Numbered from the whole stretch's first letter, positions 12,257 through 25,531 are shown. The stretch: 63,476 bases of DNA, filler included, from Cercozoa sp. M6MM (GCA_040357565.1; 12 parts of 12 records of this genome joined end to end with filler, not necessarily neighbours in it); one strand, 5' to 3'. A program made the numbers and translations. The notes: generated from the sequence alone by a model not told the origin.

Positions 12257-12455
12257 NNNNNNNNNNNNNNNNNNNNNNNNNNNNNNNNNNNNNNNNNNNN
12301 TTAATTAATTAANNNNNNNNNNNNNNNNNNNNNNNNNNNNNNNNNNNNNNNNNNNNTGCTTCTGTGTGGGCGGCGCGGGTTGGCGCGTCTCTGGGGGTTT
12401 TTGGGTGTTTGCCCCCCCCCCCCCTCTACCCCCCCTTTACCCAACCCTTCTGCAG

Positions 12456-13152
12456 TGACGTGGCATCGCCGAGAGTGCGCGATACTCTGCGTGAACTGGT
12501 AAAACGACCTGTCTAATAAGGATAGGGAAGACTTACTAGGGAAGACTTACTTGATGTGTGTGGTAGGTGCGCCTGGCGCGTTTCTTTGACGCTGCACATG
12601 CTGGCCAACTGGACACGGCACTCCAGCGCGCTGTACCTCTGCTGTACACTTGGACACACTGCCGCTCTTAATGTTTATGTCGCAGGCCGAGCTAAACTGG
12701 CTCCCGATGGACACCGAGGCTGGAACCAGTGTCAATGCCTATGTGCAGCATGCACACCGTCTGCCAGAGACGCTGCAGCACTGTGTGGGACCCCTGGCGT
12801 CTGCTGTGGCCTCTATCCTCGCTCGCAAGTACTTCAAAGCTTCTTTTCCCCGTTTTCAGTTTTGCTCTTCTCAAAATTTTGACTGGTCCACGATTTTTTG
12901 CAGATTCGACGACGTGCGTGCGTCACTGCGTAGCATGCGTGCTGGAGACACAGGTCGCGTGCAGTTACTGCGTTTGCTGCGTCAGCGGTAGGATTTTTTG
13001 TATTTGTATTTTTGTGTTTGCTTGGTTTTTTTGACCCGCGACTGGCGTGCAGGGTCCAGGCGCTCGGCGAGTTCGTGGGCATGCTGCCACGTAACGCTGT
13101 GCCGCCCTCGGTCAATGACGAGATTCTGCGCATCTACCACCACATGGCCTAA
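12456..13152 (+). CDS. NUP93: Nucleoporin Nup93/Nic96, C-terminal exons
   Basis: Spliced VRLARFFDAAHAGQLDTALQRA|AELNWLP..LLRQR|VQALGEFVGMLP..ILRIYHHMA* matches the Nic96 C-terminus pattern (FF....G....AL; LR..A.AL..FAGM). Confidence 0.75.
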
Positions 13153-13419
13153 CCAAGATTAGTTCACGTGCCTGCTGGACGGAAGGCTTTTTCGCGTCAG
13201 TTGCGACTGTGCTCTAAACGATTGGATAGTCTGTTAAGCCAGTACTGCTCACACGGACTCCCATGGGCTAAATTAGGAACAGGAGCATCGATCGAAGCAC
13301 CAGAGCACCCAAAGCAACAAAAACTAAAGTCGACTGACCACCTTGGCTACAGTTTTGCTACAGCACGTTAACTAAGCAGCGTCGCTGTTGCTGTGCGCTA
13401 TACACAATTGACTATCTGC

Positions 13420-14012
13420 ATGTTGGCTAGACTGGCGTCGCGCGCTGCGCAGGTGCAATTTTGAGGAAGTTTAGCAATTTTGAAGAAGAGTTGCTTTGGT
13501 CTTAGGGCACTCGTCGTATGTCGACGTCGAACTTTACGGGCGTCGGTCGCCTCAATCATGTGGCCATCGCTGTGCCTGACCTCGAGGCAGGTAGGCGATT
13601 TCTGCGCGGTGACGAGTGGCCTTTTTCAATTTTAACAAGTGGGCGGTGTTTGACAGGCACGGCGCTGTACCGCGATGTGCTGGGTGCCAAGGTGAGCGAG
13701 CCGCAGGACGTGCCGGAGCACGGCGTGACGGTGGTGTTTGTCGAGTTGCCCAATACGAAGATCGAGCTGCTGTACCCGCTCGGTGAGAAGTCGCCGATTG
13801 CGAACTTTTTGGCCAAGAACAAGGCCGGAGGCATCCACCACGTGTGTCTCGAGGTCGACGACGTGCGAGTCGCCATCGACACGCTCGTTGGCCGCGGCAT
13901 GCGTGTGCTCAACGAGGAGCCCAAGATCGGCGCCCACGGCAACCCGGTCACGTTCCTGCACCCCAAGGACTGCAACGGCGTGCTCGTCGAGCTCGAGGAA
14001 GTGCCGCAGTGA
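13420..14012 (+). CDS. MCEE: Methylmalonyl-CoA epimerase, mitochondrial (3 exons; introns 13453-13505 and 13591-13656)
   Basis: Transit peptide MLARLASRAAQGTRRMS, then GRLNHVAIAVPDLE, KIELLYPLG, GGIHHVCLEVDD, PKIGAHG.PV.FLHPKD..GVLVELEE. Confidence 0.95.
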
Positions 14013-14157
14013 GCCGAGACAATGCGAACATTTGTCTCTTAATCTTATGGATTTTGTTCGTTACGTTACGTTGGTTGCGTAACGTTGGTTACTGTACATC
14101 AGGAGTATCGTGTATCGACGATATCATGCAATTCAATGCTAGGCTCGCTGCTGTCTG

Positions 14158-15806
14158 CTAGTCACGCAATAAACTTACAGTACATAGGACAAATCCGATC
14201 GCATGCGGGAAGTTTGCCTTCGGAACACCTGTAAATTTACTGTACTGCACTTGGCTGCGGAAGGATGACGGTACAATAATTAAATTCCATACCCCGGTAC
14301 AGTAGTGGTACTGGGATCTGACGTGCGATGATGGGATTTTCCTTCAGTTGTTGTTTTAATACAAGATCACCTGGCGAAGTGGCTGTAATCCCTTCAACAG
14401 GATGAACAGCCAGTTCTCCGAGAAACCCTTTCAGTAGTTTCTCAGTGCAGTACTGCACCATAGATGACTTCTTCCGAGTCGGTTTAGTATCACTTTTCTT
14501 CCGGATAGAGAATACCGTTTCGGAAGACTTGCGAAAAGGAACTTAGAACGTACTTTAGAGTGTAACACTAAGCGGCACACCGGCAGCACATGCAAAAGTG
14601 TCCAACACAGCGACTTCGTCCCGAAGCGCGGCGAGAGCGATGTTGCGCTGGAGGTTGGCGTCACTGCTGCAATCGGAGTCATCAGGTTGTAGGCGATCGC
14701 TCGCGTGTGACGCCAACAGTTTCGCCTGCTGCGACACGCAGCGCTGTAGCAGCATTGAGAGACTCGAGTCGAGCCGCGGAGTCCACAGAGCGCCGATCAA
14801 CTGCGTCATGGCATCGACCGCCTTGGTGCTGTTGTGTTCGTCAGTCTGCGCGCGTTGCAGCATGTCGAGCAGACGTCGTTGCGAGGACTCGCTCAGTGGC
14901 ACCAGTAGTGCCTGCAATGCCTGCAGCAAGGCCGCCGCACTCGTCTCGTCCGGTCCCAGGAAGCAACGACACTCGGTTGGTGAGTCCTGTGCAGGCGTTT
15001 TTTTGTGTTGTGCTGTGTAGTAAAGAATGAGGTACATTCTCAAGCAGACGATCGTGACGCTGCAAAATGGCACGAGCCACACCGATTCGCATCAGCTTGT
15101 TTCGCATGTCTCCTTCCTCCTATCAACATATCCGTCGGGGAAGGTCGGTACAAACAGGTCGGTACAAACAAAAAAGCAAAAAGAAAACTACGACGTGCGA
15201 GATGTCGATGCGAACGAGGGCACGAGCACCATCTTCGTGTACCCGCACGGTGGTGTCACTCTCTTCCTCACTGGTGACTGCAGCGTCGGCACTGTTGACA
15301 GGCAGAATGTCGCCTCGTTCACCTTCCGGAAGCACAAAGCCCTGACGCAAGGCGAGTCGCTGATTCGGCGGTGCCGCCGCACTGCCAAAGTACGCGTGTC
15401 GCAGCTCCTCGTCGACTGCGACATCGCGTCTAGCAAGGAACTCCACGCACCTAAGCACTCCTCTCAGTTTTCAAAACACAAGTCAAGGTGCAAACAAGAT
15501 TGGTACCAGTCGGAGCCGCGCACACCGCGAACTTCGCGCATGATCCAACGAGCATTGCAGGTTTCTGTGTGCACAAAGCATATATATATATATATATACA
15601 CGTTATACAGATGTATCAAGACTTGCCTTCACTTCGATTGGCGTGGTTCAGCAAGTCTCCACCAGGCAGAAGCATCACCACTTCGTTTCTGTATGCAGAA
15701 CATCAACACTCTCAGTTCACTGGATTGTTAGACAGTTACGGATCGGAAGACGCGCGAGGCGCTGGTGCGGCAAACGCACGACTGGGCAGGTAAAATAGAA
15801 AGTCAC

Positions 15807-15868
<62 letters not shown>

Positions 15869-16980
15869 TTTGGTAAAGGCTGCAACGCGCAGGTAATCTA
15901 CATCCGACTTGGCCACGAATTCATCCTCTGATCGGCAAAAACATCAGGGAAATGACTAAAAGCAAACCAATCAAATCTACCGGAAGAAGCAAAGTCAAGG
16001 TCCAACAGTTCGCGCGCACGACGGAAACCGTCTACCAGTCGTTCCTGTTCACCTAAACAGAAAAAGCGTTCTCACATTTTGGCAAATGATCAAACAAAGA
16101 AACTACTTGAAGCAAGTTCGCGCGTTGCAGAGTCGCCAAACAGCTCTAGATCATCTTCAGACCAGCAAAACGGGTGCCAGGACACGCCAGTACTAGAAAA
16201 GCACACATCACACAGAAATTAAACACGGAAGAAGCCGAATTTACGACCTGTCGTCGGCGAAAACCGGGAGATTTCGCAAGTCGCGCCACTCGCTGCCAGG
16301 ACCTTGCAGCGGAATCTTTCGCAAGAAAAAACAAAAGTTTGTGAGATACGAAAGGAAAAATCTCAAACTACAGCATCAAGCGAAAGTGCTAAAGCCAAGA
16401 TTTCGTCCGGCTGACGCAGATCACTGCAATGCAGAAAACTCGCTAAGACAGTCTGTGTGCACCGAACTGAGCAAGTTACAGATGCTCTCGCACAGGCAAG
16501 AATGACGCAGACTTCTCGTGAGCTTCAAGAGTTTGGAGAAGTTGGGACATTTTGCTTTCACTGCTCCGCGCGGACAACTCGCTCCTGCAAGTCAAACCAT
16601 CGAAAAATGACGGACTATCTTCACGAAAGAGATTAAGGCACAATGCATCCGGGAAGGAGAAACGGGCTGAACGAGGAATCCGCAGCAACACGGAATTCTT
16701 TCCAAACGCTGTTTCGGCCATGACGCCTCGCGCGCCTGACAGACAAATGCAATCCTACGCCGATAAGGTTGGACACACTGACGTAAACAAAAACTAGGGT
16801 ACCTCCGGTGCCAGCGGCTAGGTTCAGTGACTTGCCGGCCTGAGCAATTAAACAAAGCAAGTCTCAGCCAGAGGCATTCGCAACTGCACATTTACTAAAT
16901 TCTATTATTGATTTTAGTAAATTTACCTGCCACATGGGCGATTGCACAGCATGCTTTAAAGCGTCTGCCACACGTCCCAT
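14158..16980 (-). CDS. SET-domain protein lysine methyltransferase (Rubisco-LSMT/SETD3/SETD4 class), many exons; 3' end approximate
   Basis: Spliced motifs GARGVMAETAFGKNSVLLRIP, HPFCWSEDDLELF, KSRAF, LLPGGDLLNH, ARRDVAVDEELRHAYF..NQRLALRQGFV. Confidence 0.8.
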
Positions 16981-17218
16981 CAGATGAAAGAAAATGTAAG
17001 CACACGTCTGCACACTGCGCGAGCGCCGTACGCACCAGAATGGAGCGCCGGCACTCCGACTAAAAACACCGATGATGATAGATGCTGTCGAAACCAAGAG
17101 TTGTTGCATTGCATTGAATACTCCCTGTGAGTGCATTACCTTCACAAACATGTAGTGTTGCAGTATAGCTCGCACATTTGCAAAATAGGTTTTGCTTGTG
17201 TTGTGCAGCATCAGCAAG

Positions 17219-17801
17219 ATGTCGCAGTCCCCCAAGGTCGTTCTGGTCACTGGTGCAGCCGGCAACATTGCCTACTCGCTGCTGTAGGCTCAGTTTTGCA
17301 GTTGTTCGAAACTGATCAGTCCGATCAGATCAGGATTGAGTCATGCAAACATTCTGTCTTTTCGTTTTGTGGTGTGGTTCAGGTTCGGCATTGCGCGTGG
17401 CATGCTGCTGGGCCAGGACACGCCACTGGAGCTTCGTTTGCTTGAGATTCCGCAAGTCATGGACAAGTAGGTTTGACTGAAAGGGATGATTGGGTTCAGT
17501 TAGTGGACTTACTATGGTGTTGCTGCTGCAGACTGCAGGGTGTCGTGATGGAGCTGGCCGACGGAGCCTTCCCGCTGGTGACTAAGGTGGTGGCTACGGC
17601 TGACTACGAGGAGGCGTTTACTGGTGTCGACGTCGCTCTGCTGGTCGGCTCGCGTCCGCGCGGACCGGGCATGCTGCGCAAGCAGCTGCTGGAGATTAAT
17701 GCGCCGATCTTTAAGGGCCAGGGCGAGGCACTCGAGAAGTACGCTTCGCGCAACGTCAAGGTCTGCGTCGTTGGCAACCCGGCCAACACCAACTGTCTCG
17801 T
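17219..17801 (+). CDS. MDH1: Cytosolic-type malate dehydrogenase, 5' part
   Basis: [59 protein letters not shown]. Confidence 0.95.
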
Positions 17802-17940
17802 GGTAGGTTTTTGCTTTGGGGGNNNNNNNNNNNNNNNNNNNNNNNNNNNNNNNNNNNNNNNNNNNNTTAATTAATTAANNNNNNNNNNNNNNNNNNNNNN
17901 NNNNNNNNNNNNNNNNNNNNNNCCCCCCCCCCCCCCGTAG

Positions 17941-18164
17941 CCGCAGGAGGAGCGCTCGCTGACGGTGCATGCGTTGGTGTGCACCGGCGGTGACTTTGAC
18001 CTCAATCGCTTCCGCTTCGTTGTGCACCGACGCGACCGTATCTGATTCTTTACCCCCCCTACCCCCTTGCCCCCCCTTTCCCCCCCCCCCCCCCCCGTGT
18101 AGGTGCCGACACGACGTACGTCTTCCCTGGCGCCAGTGTCGTCAGTGTGACGGCTCTTTCTTAG
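17941..18164 (+). CDS. C-terminal fragment of an unknown gene (weakly TRAPPC8/Trs85-like beta tail)
   Basis: PQEERSLTVHALVCTGGDFDLNRFRF..|ADTTYVFPGASVVSVTALS*; the family guess is weak. Confidence 0.35.
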
Positions 18165-18558
18165 CCTCTAGACCCTGCCGTAGTCCGCTGTTTGCTTACT
18201 TTACTCACTAGGTACGTAGGTGCGTACCACGTAGGTAGCGTGCAGACACTTTCTGCTTTCTGGACACAGAAATCGTGCTTGATTAGTGTTTTAAAGGTGC
18301 GCCAAAGAGTGCCAGTAGCGTTTAGTGGTATCTAATGGTGCCCGGAGTCCAATATGACGATCAACTTGGTGCCAATCAAAAAACGTCTGTCGGTCCAATG
18401 ATCGGATCGGAGTAGCGATACTGCACGTGGCTGGTATCAACCAGTTAAGGAGACCCAAAACCTCTTGCTCGGACTTCTCGCTCCTGTCGCATTTACAGTG
18501 CACATTCCATTTCTTAGCTTTCTCTTTCTCGAGCTTTCGACCGAAATTGAGTTTTAAC

Positions 18559-19967
18559 ATGAAACTTCTGGCTGCTGCGTTGCTCGCCGCCACTGGCGCT
18601 ATGGCCACCGGCACTGCTTGTTCTGCCTTTTCGGTACAGACAGCCGGTTTGTCTGATGCGCGTTCTTTGTTTTTTGTTGGACGCTGCCTTGTAAACTTAC
18701 TCGCAGACCGCTTTCCCAAGCGGCACGTCCGAGTTCTCGATGCGCCAGTCCATGCAGGTGCGTGTAAATTTACCTGTGCACATACCTTACAGAAAGGATG
18801 TCTGTAGGAGTGTCTCACCGAGCACCATGATGACCTCGGCAAGCACCAGGAATGCGGTGTTGTACTGCACGAAGCGCCCGATAGCACTATCTCCATGACG
18901 TGCTACAAGTGTAACAAACTGCATAGCACCTTGGATTATGTTGTAGTGTACATTGTGCGAATTGTTCATTGTGTGAAACCACAGTGACGAGTGGCTGCCC
19001 GAGCGATATGACCGCTGCCGGCACTCAGGCTGGCGTGAGTTCCTCCGACACGCTGCTGCACGCGGCTTGGTAGTTTTCTTGTTCTGTTATTGCTACAGTG
19101 CCTTGGTCACTTCTTACGTGTAGTGGCGATCGCGTCTCGCTGGCGCAGGTGTACCCGCGCAGCAACAGCTGCCGCAAAGTCCGTACGCACTATGTTCTAA
19201 CACTGACTCTGTGTAACAGATATCATGTAAATGTTCTTAGCGAATAATCTGGGATCGTACGGCAGCCTGACTATCTCTTACGGTAAATTAAAAAAAACCA
19301 TAGATATTGTACTGCTGGTTGCAATCAGCAAGTCCAAGTTGTATCCGTCAGTCTCTATGTGTGGCATGTGTTGATGTTGGTAGTGCCGCCAGATGGCGAC
19401 TATGTCGAGATGTGCCTGGCGCACTGTGCCACGATGAACGCACTCGACCCGAACTACTCCAAACTCGACTACATCACGCTGAGTTCCAATGGCCCTCTTG
19501 ACACGTATCGTGGGCCACATCTTTCTTTTTGCACCGGCGGCGTTTATGCAAAAAAGAAATTCATGCGTGTGAGATTGTTTGTGATGTAGTGATGTTCACT
19601 GTCGCTGCGTGACTGCGGCGGTACCGAGAAATTCCAATTTCTTCGAGGTTGCGTTTACTCTTGTTGTGTCGATGCAGGAAACTGCTGCCAACCGCGGCAA
19701 TTATTGCACTGCGCGATCGGTATACTTAAAAAATCTCGCAACTTGCTGTCGAAAGTGTGAATCATTCGCTATTGTGTGATGCAGTGCGCCCTGCCGACCG
19801 GCTGGACCTACCAAGCCATGTGTGGTGACGGCATCGGCCAATATCCGTACATTTATGCCGTCATGATATCTTTGCTGTGTTTATAACGTTCTCATTGAAT
19901 TCTGAACAGGTTCTACGGGCATCGTGAAGTGACGATCTACAAAAACCACATGGCCGTGTCTTCGTAA
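18559..19967 (+). CDS. Secreted cysteine-rich protein of unknown family (about 11 exons)
   Basis: Signal peptide MKLLAAALLAATGAMA; Cys-rich exons (ECLTEH..ECGV..TCYK, CLAHCA, CALPTGWTYQAMCGDG); ends ..HMAVSS*. Confidence 0.6.
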
Positions 19968-20383
19968 CAGATCGAGCGAGTGACAGATCTTCGGCGCAGT
20001 CTTGCCGCGGTTGCTGTGTAGTCCGCTGTCGTTAGTTTTAGTGTAAGTTACTTACAGCCCCAGTAGTAAACGACAAGAGACAACTCTTGTCGGTGGATGT
20101 CTTGGCGCCTGAAACTATGAAGGGGCACAATACGCTACCAAGGCTCACGGAACTCTGCTCTGCACCAGGTAGTTACTAACCCTCAGTATCTAGACAAATT
20201 TTGAAGGAGGTGTCTCCGAGCATTTAGCTCTGTCTCAGTATGCCTGGTTTAGGCACTTTCGTCGAGGAGGGGCGCAAGTCGGTCTACCAAGCAGCGTCCA
20301 CCAGCTTTGCCGCCCAACTGAACCCTTGGGTAACTCACTGTTTCTAACTGAGGCGAAGCAATGTATCTTTTGCTTTGTGTCAG

Positions 20384-20466
<83 letters not shown>

Positions 20467-20570
20467 CATANNNNNNNNNNNNNNNNNNNNNNNNNNNNNN
20501 NNNNNNNNNNNNNNTTAATTAATTAANNNNNNNNNNNNNNNNNNNNNNNNNNNNNNNNNNNNNNNNNNNN

Positions 20571-22840
20571 TAAAGTACGGTGCGAAAGTTTGGTCAATTT
20601 CACGAAAAATAGAATCCGCTTAAACTAGGGCTAGATGGCGACGAAAAGCATACCTGCACCATCAACAGTGACTGAAATACACTCGGTGCAATTCTGGTGC
20701 GGTAAAGAACGCTCACAGCCGGAGAAAATGGCCAATTGGCACTTGCCAGAAGCCGAGCTTTTCAGTTTTTGGTCCGATCGACAAGTCATCCATCAAGCGA
20801 ATCCGCCGTTTCGCACCAGAAACGCACCAGGTGCGGATTTAGGTGCGCACATATGCCCGTTTAAATGCACACTTATCAACAATAGGTGCACATTTGGGTC
20901 ATCTTGACCACAAATGTACAAATTCGCACCATGATCACACCAAGTGCACAGTTGTGTGCAGTGTTTGGGTCCAATCTGGGTGGTGGCCAACAGAAGCTGA
21001 TAGCTCTTAGGAGTACACAGCTGCGGTTTTAATGCAGCTAGGACCTCAGCCCAAGCTGGCTGCCACCTGTGCAGGCACTGCTGTAGGCCGTTTTTTGTGT
21101 CGGGTCTGCTTTCTGGGTCTGTTTTCAGGCTAGCAGCTAAACGCGAATTGATGGAGGAGGTACGATTACTGCACTGTACTGTGCTGTTTGTATAAGATTT
21201 TGTCTAGCCGATTAGTGGGAACGTATGCATACTTAGGTCCCACTCGACACAATTCGGATGTTGTATTGACGTCGTCGACAAGCGCGATGGTCTCTATGGC
21301 GAGTACGTTCAAGCGTCGACAGTGAGTAGCGTTGGTTCGCCAACGGGGCGATTGTTTGCATAGTCTAATGTTCAGCTAGTGCGGTACAATTTGTACCTCT
21401 GGCTGAATATGCACCGAGCCAGCTTCTATAACCTTCCGACAATGCAATTTGAACAGTTGAGTTGCGTTTCTTGTTGTTCGGCTTCGACGACCTGAAAAAA
21501 ACAATTGCAAGAGATGAGTCTACAACACTGACAACCCTACAAAATCGTGTACAATTGAAGTTACTTGTGTGAGCTTCCGGAAACGACCGTTGACCGGCAG
21601 CTTTGGGTGCTGTATTTCGTTAATAAATTGTTCAGTTTATGTACATCGTACAGTTTGGACAAGAAGTTGAGTTGGATCCCTCTGCTGCTGGTGCAGAACA
21701 TTCGGACCTTATGCTTGCACCAGAGCTCCAGATGCCTAAAACTTCCAAAAGGAGTCTGGTTTTGGCGCAGAGACGTAAGCTGTGTTTTGTCTTGTTTGCA
21801 GACACGTTTTTTGTTTTTAGAAGCAAACATCTAGGCATCCGTGTCTGCGCGATCTCACCGTCGGTGACATTCGCGCTCACTGGGCGATTCAAGTGACACA
21901 CGTACCTGCACTAACGATCAACAAATGTATATCGCGTCTACCAAAGGATGCCAAACACCACCACATTGACTTCAGGTACTGTCTGTCTCGAATTTTGTCT
22001 CTGGTGAAGTATATGTATGATTTTCGGCGCAGTGATGACCCGCTGTATAGCTCTTCGGCATCGACGCTGCGACGACCGTTCCAAATGCTGGTCCACCTGT
22101 GCGCTTCGCATCGGTATCTGGTCTCACCCCCTTCTTGTACTGCATATACGTTTCTGTTTTGTAGTTGCTCAAGATTCTGCGCGGCCACTACGACAAAGTT
22201 TCATGGAACGCGCCTACACTCGCGAGTGCAGTTGGTGCCGACAAGATTCCAAAGTACCTTTCTCAACTTCGTCTTTGACGGGCTTGACCGAGAAATTGTG
22301 TTCTGTAGAGCCACCTTCTCCTCGAGCGTCGCTGGGCAGCCCGACGGTACTGCGGCCAAGCTTGTACTCATCCGCACCGGCATGGACTGCAACGCATACT
22401 TCACGCAGGTATCAGCATCGTGCTCTTTGCTAAATCCTTGAATCCATCACCTGTGCTGATTTGAGCAGGTGATGATGCGGGATAAGAAGCAAGCTGATCC
22501 TGGAGGGTGGCAAGTCACAAAAGGGCGGTAGCGTTCCCCCCCCCCCCGCGCGCGCTGGTACCGCCGCATTCAGCGTTCGCTTTCTGCCGAACAACCTGGG
22601 TGCGAAGTAAATTTAGCAAATACAGGCATGACGCCGGTTCTGAATTGTTCTAATATATGACTTTGGTGAATCGCGGCTGTATTACTCATTACATGATCGC
22701 TCTTTCATTTGCTCCCAGAGGTAATCTAGGTGTGCACACGTGTGCGCACACAAATGTGGATATAAAACTACACCCAGAATCGCACCAGAATCGCACCAGA
22801 ATCGCACCAGATATTGACCAAACTTTCGCACCGTACTTTA
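20571..22840. mobile_element. Putative non-autonomous DNA transposon with perfect 28-bp terminal inverted repeats
   Basis: 20571-20598 TAAAGTACGGTGCGAAAGTTTGGTCAAT is the exact reverse complement of 22813-22840. Subterminal CGCACC/GGTGCG motifs occur at both ends. Confidence 0.75.
21040..22531 (+). CDS. Hypothetical multi-exon gene inside the TIR element (5' end uncertain)
   Basis: GT-AG-flanked exons can be joined (..ELMEE|PISGNVC..YVQAST|LVRYNLYLW..; LLKILRGHYDKVSW..|ATFSS..YFTQ|VMMRDKK..KGR*). No DDE or hAT motifs recognised. Confidence 0.45.
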
Positions 22841-23399
22841 GGCCAGCCTGTTGGGCAAGCAATTTAAATTAAAACACCGGATCATCTTACAGGAGAAACT
22901 GCCGGTGTGAATTACTGCAAATACTGTACCCGCGGCGACGGAGTCAACATAACCTGGCAAGTTCGACGTCGTGGCATTCGCTTGAAAAATGACACCGTGT
23001 GCGGTCAATATTGAGGAGATAGCGTCCCGTGTCACTGTCACCACGGAAAATCGACTCAAACTACGTCACCACAATACAACCATGCATAATGTAAGACAAA
23101 CCGCGATGACCACCACTGATAAGTGAAGCGACACATGTGACTATAAATACTTAGGTATTTATTAAGATTTTACGCGTGATCAAGTCCAAGCACGCCGATT
23201 CCGTCTACTACCTTGTTGATGCTAGCCTGTTTAAGACCGGTTTAGTAGGACAGCTGGGAAACGATCACATAGTACTGTACCTCTGTGACAAAGATGAACG
23301 ACAGACTGGTGGCGAGAAACGAAACGACACCTACAGATAACAGAAACGAAAGTCAGTTTAATTTCTAAAAGCCGTTGGTCATATTTAAATGTTATAGAC

Positions 23400-24938
23400 G
23401 TACAAAACATGAAGGCCTGGGAGCGTCAAGGTAGATTTGTAAACACACACTTTTTAGATGACAGCAGGAGATATACACCTAAGCATACTGTGCATCCGCT
23501 CAGGTAATTTACTTGTGGTAGATATTCATCCGCTTTGCAACCTTCAAATTCAGAGAGTGTCTGATCCTGTCAGCCATCTCAACGTTAACTCGCTGCCATT
23601 GCTTTACGAACAAAACAGTACAATCTATATACCGGTAGCTTGCGTTAATGGTGGCAGTCGATGAACCACCCGAAGAAGCGCTGTACACGGATGGAGTGCG
23701 TTCACTGGAATGGGGTGACGGCGGCGCGAATGGCAGCGTTGCGGGTTTGTCATAAAGTTGAGGCTCGCCCCGGCTCGACACACTGACGCTTTCACTCGGC
23801 AGAACTGAGACGTCAACGCTGGCACTACTGCTTCGAGCGGAGGCTACGGGACAGCAGTTTTGTACGGATCAGGATGCTGTCAGATATTTTTACTGGTGGT
23901 CCCACCAGTGTCAACCCGCGGAACTTGTTCCTCAGCAGCGACGGTCACAGAAACGTTGCCTTTTTCAGGCAAAGCATGCACAAACTTGTCTAAACTGTCG
24001 CTTTCTGATTCGACTGTTAATTCGGTACTTTGGGCGGATCACAGGTTCGGCGAAACTCTGTCTGTGCTTGACTTCGTCAATCTCTGCCTTTTGAATCGCC
24101 TCAATAAACTTTAGCGTCTGTGAGGAGCTTGTAGCCCCAAGTCCATCAAACAGCGAGCCTGCGCACATAAACTAATAAACAGAACAGTTTAAATTGGCAA
24201 TCGCCATGCGGCATGTATGATTCAGCAAAATCTATTGAATCCCAACTGAGAGCCTCCGCGTTTCCGTAATCCTCAGCTGGGTCAACGCGACCACACCGTA
24301 AAACAAAGCGAAGTAAAAGACCTTGGAAAACTGAAAAGAACCTTTGCCGATAGTGTTGACAAACGTGCAGTTGCGCCGAGGGCAGATTCTCCACGCATAA
24401 AATCGGGCGTCATTTACTTGCATACGGACCACCCAGACGCGCACTCTCAGATCGTTGCTACCTCTGTCTAATGGGCTTGAGCCTAGCGGTGCAGTATAGA
24501 CCTCACTAGACAGATATTTGCATAGCTGCATGGACTTTGAAAAGACTGTTTTACAGAGTTGCCGCAGTTGCTCAAGTTGAGGGTGACGAATAGCGTCAGC
24601 GCGTAAAGTCAGCTCAGATCCTTCAACAGCCAACAGCTGTCGCAGGACTTTCCCGCAGTCGATTTCACGACGACGCTGTCGCTGCGGCCCGGCGGGTCAA
24701 TAATGATTATCCCGTACGGGAGCAGAAAACAACACACCTTTGCTGGTGGCTCTTCGTCCGCGAGCAGGTCTTGAGCGCCCGTAAAATTAGAGTCTGTTCC
24801 TGCCGAGCCTGTTCCAAACTGTTCATCTTCTGTTGAGAACTCAACAAATATTCGGCTAAGAGGAACGTCCAGTTGCGGATCTGTAGTGTGATTTGGCGGC
24901 AGTCGCATGTCTAAAAGCGAGAAGAAGTCGCGCGTCAT
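23400..24938 (-). CDS. Hypothetical multi-exon protein (3' end approximate)
   Basis: Consecutive long minus-strand frames (MTRDFFSLLD.., LRVRVWVVRMQVNDARFYAWRICP.., FIEAIQKAEIDEVKH) linked by short introns. Confidence 0.5.
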
Positions 24939-25104
24939 GTACTAAGTTTTTTCGATGCGTAAATTACATTATGCACCGGCACAAAATTACGCGTTTTTTT
25001 TTTNNNNNNNNNNNNNNNNNNNNNNNNNNNNNNNNNNNNNNNNNNNNTTAATTAATTAANNNNNNNNNNNNNNNNNNNNNNNNNNNNNNNNNNNNNNNNN
25101 NNNT

Positions 25105-25194
25105 CTACGGCGGCGCCGTGTGGCACGACTTCCACCACAGCAACTTCACGGGTGCCCTTTGCTGCATATATATAGATATAGATATAGATATAGA

Positions 25195-25226
<32 letters not shown>

Positions 25227-25379
25227 GATATAGATATATACATGGTATATCTCGTAGGCAACTACGGCAGCACCTTCACCTACTGGGACATCATTTTTGG
25301 CACCGACACCGGCTTCGCCAAGTTCAAGGCCAAGAAGCGCGCCGAACTGCAGGCGCGTCTCAAGCAGAAGACGCTCTAG
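25105..25379 (+). CDS. ERG25: C-4 methylsterol oxidase / sterol desaturase family, 3' end
   Basis: YGGAVWHDFHHSNFT|GNYGSTFTYWDIIFGTD: His-box plus the GNY.S.F..WD..FGT signature. Confidence 0.85.
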
Positions 25380-25531
25380 ACAGACAACTCTCAGCCTCGG
25401 CTTGACCTGACCTATCATTGTCACGGTGCTGTGGCCCCGGCTCGAGCTTGCTCTGTGACTGTACCGTGTGAGTTACTTACTTTCGTTCTAAGCTACCATA
25501 CGTACGTATAACATATGACCGGCATGACTGA

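Noticed and set aside
20070-20240. Perfect hairpin CGACAAGAG/CTCTTGTCG, a CTAACCCT telomerase-template-like 8-mer, and two possible 18-nt micro-introns
   Set aside because: These are isolated short matches with no supporting promoter, pseudoknot or recognisable protein, and well-supported introns here are about 40 nt or longer.
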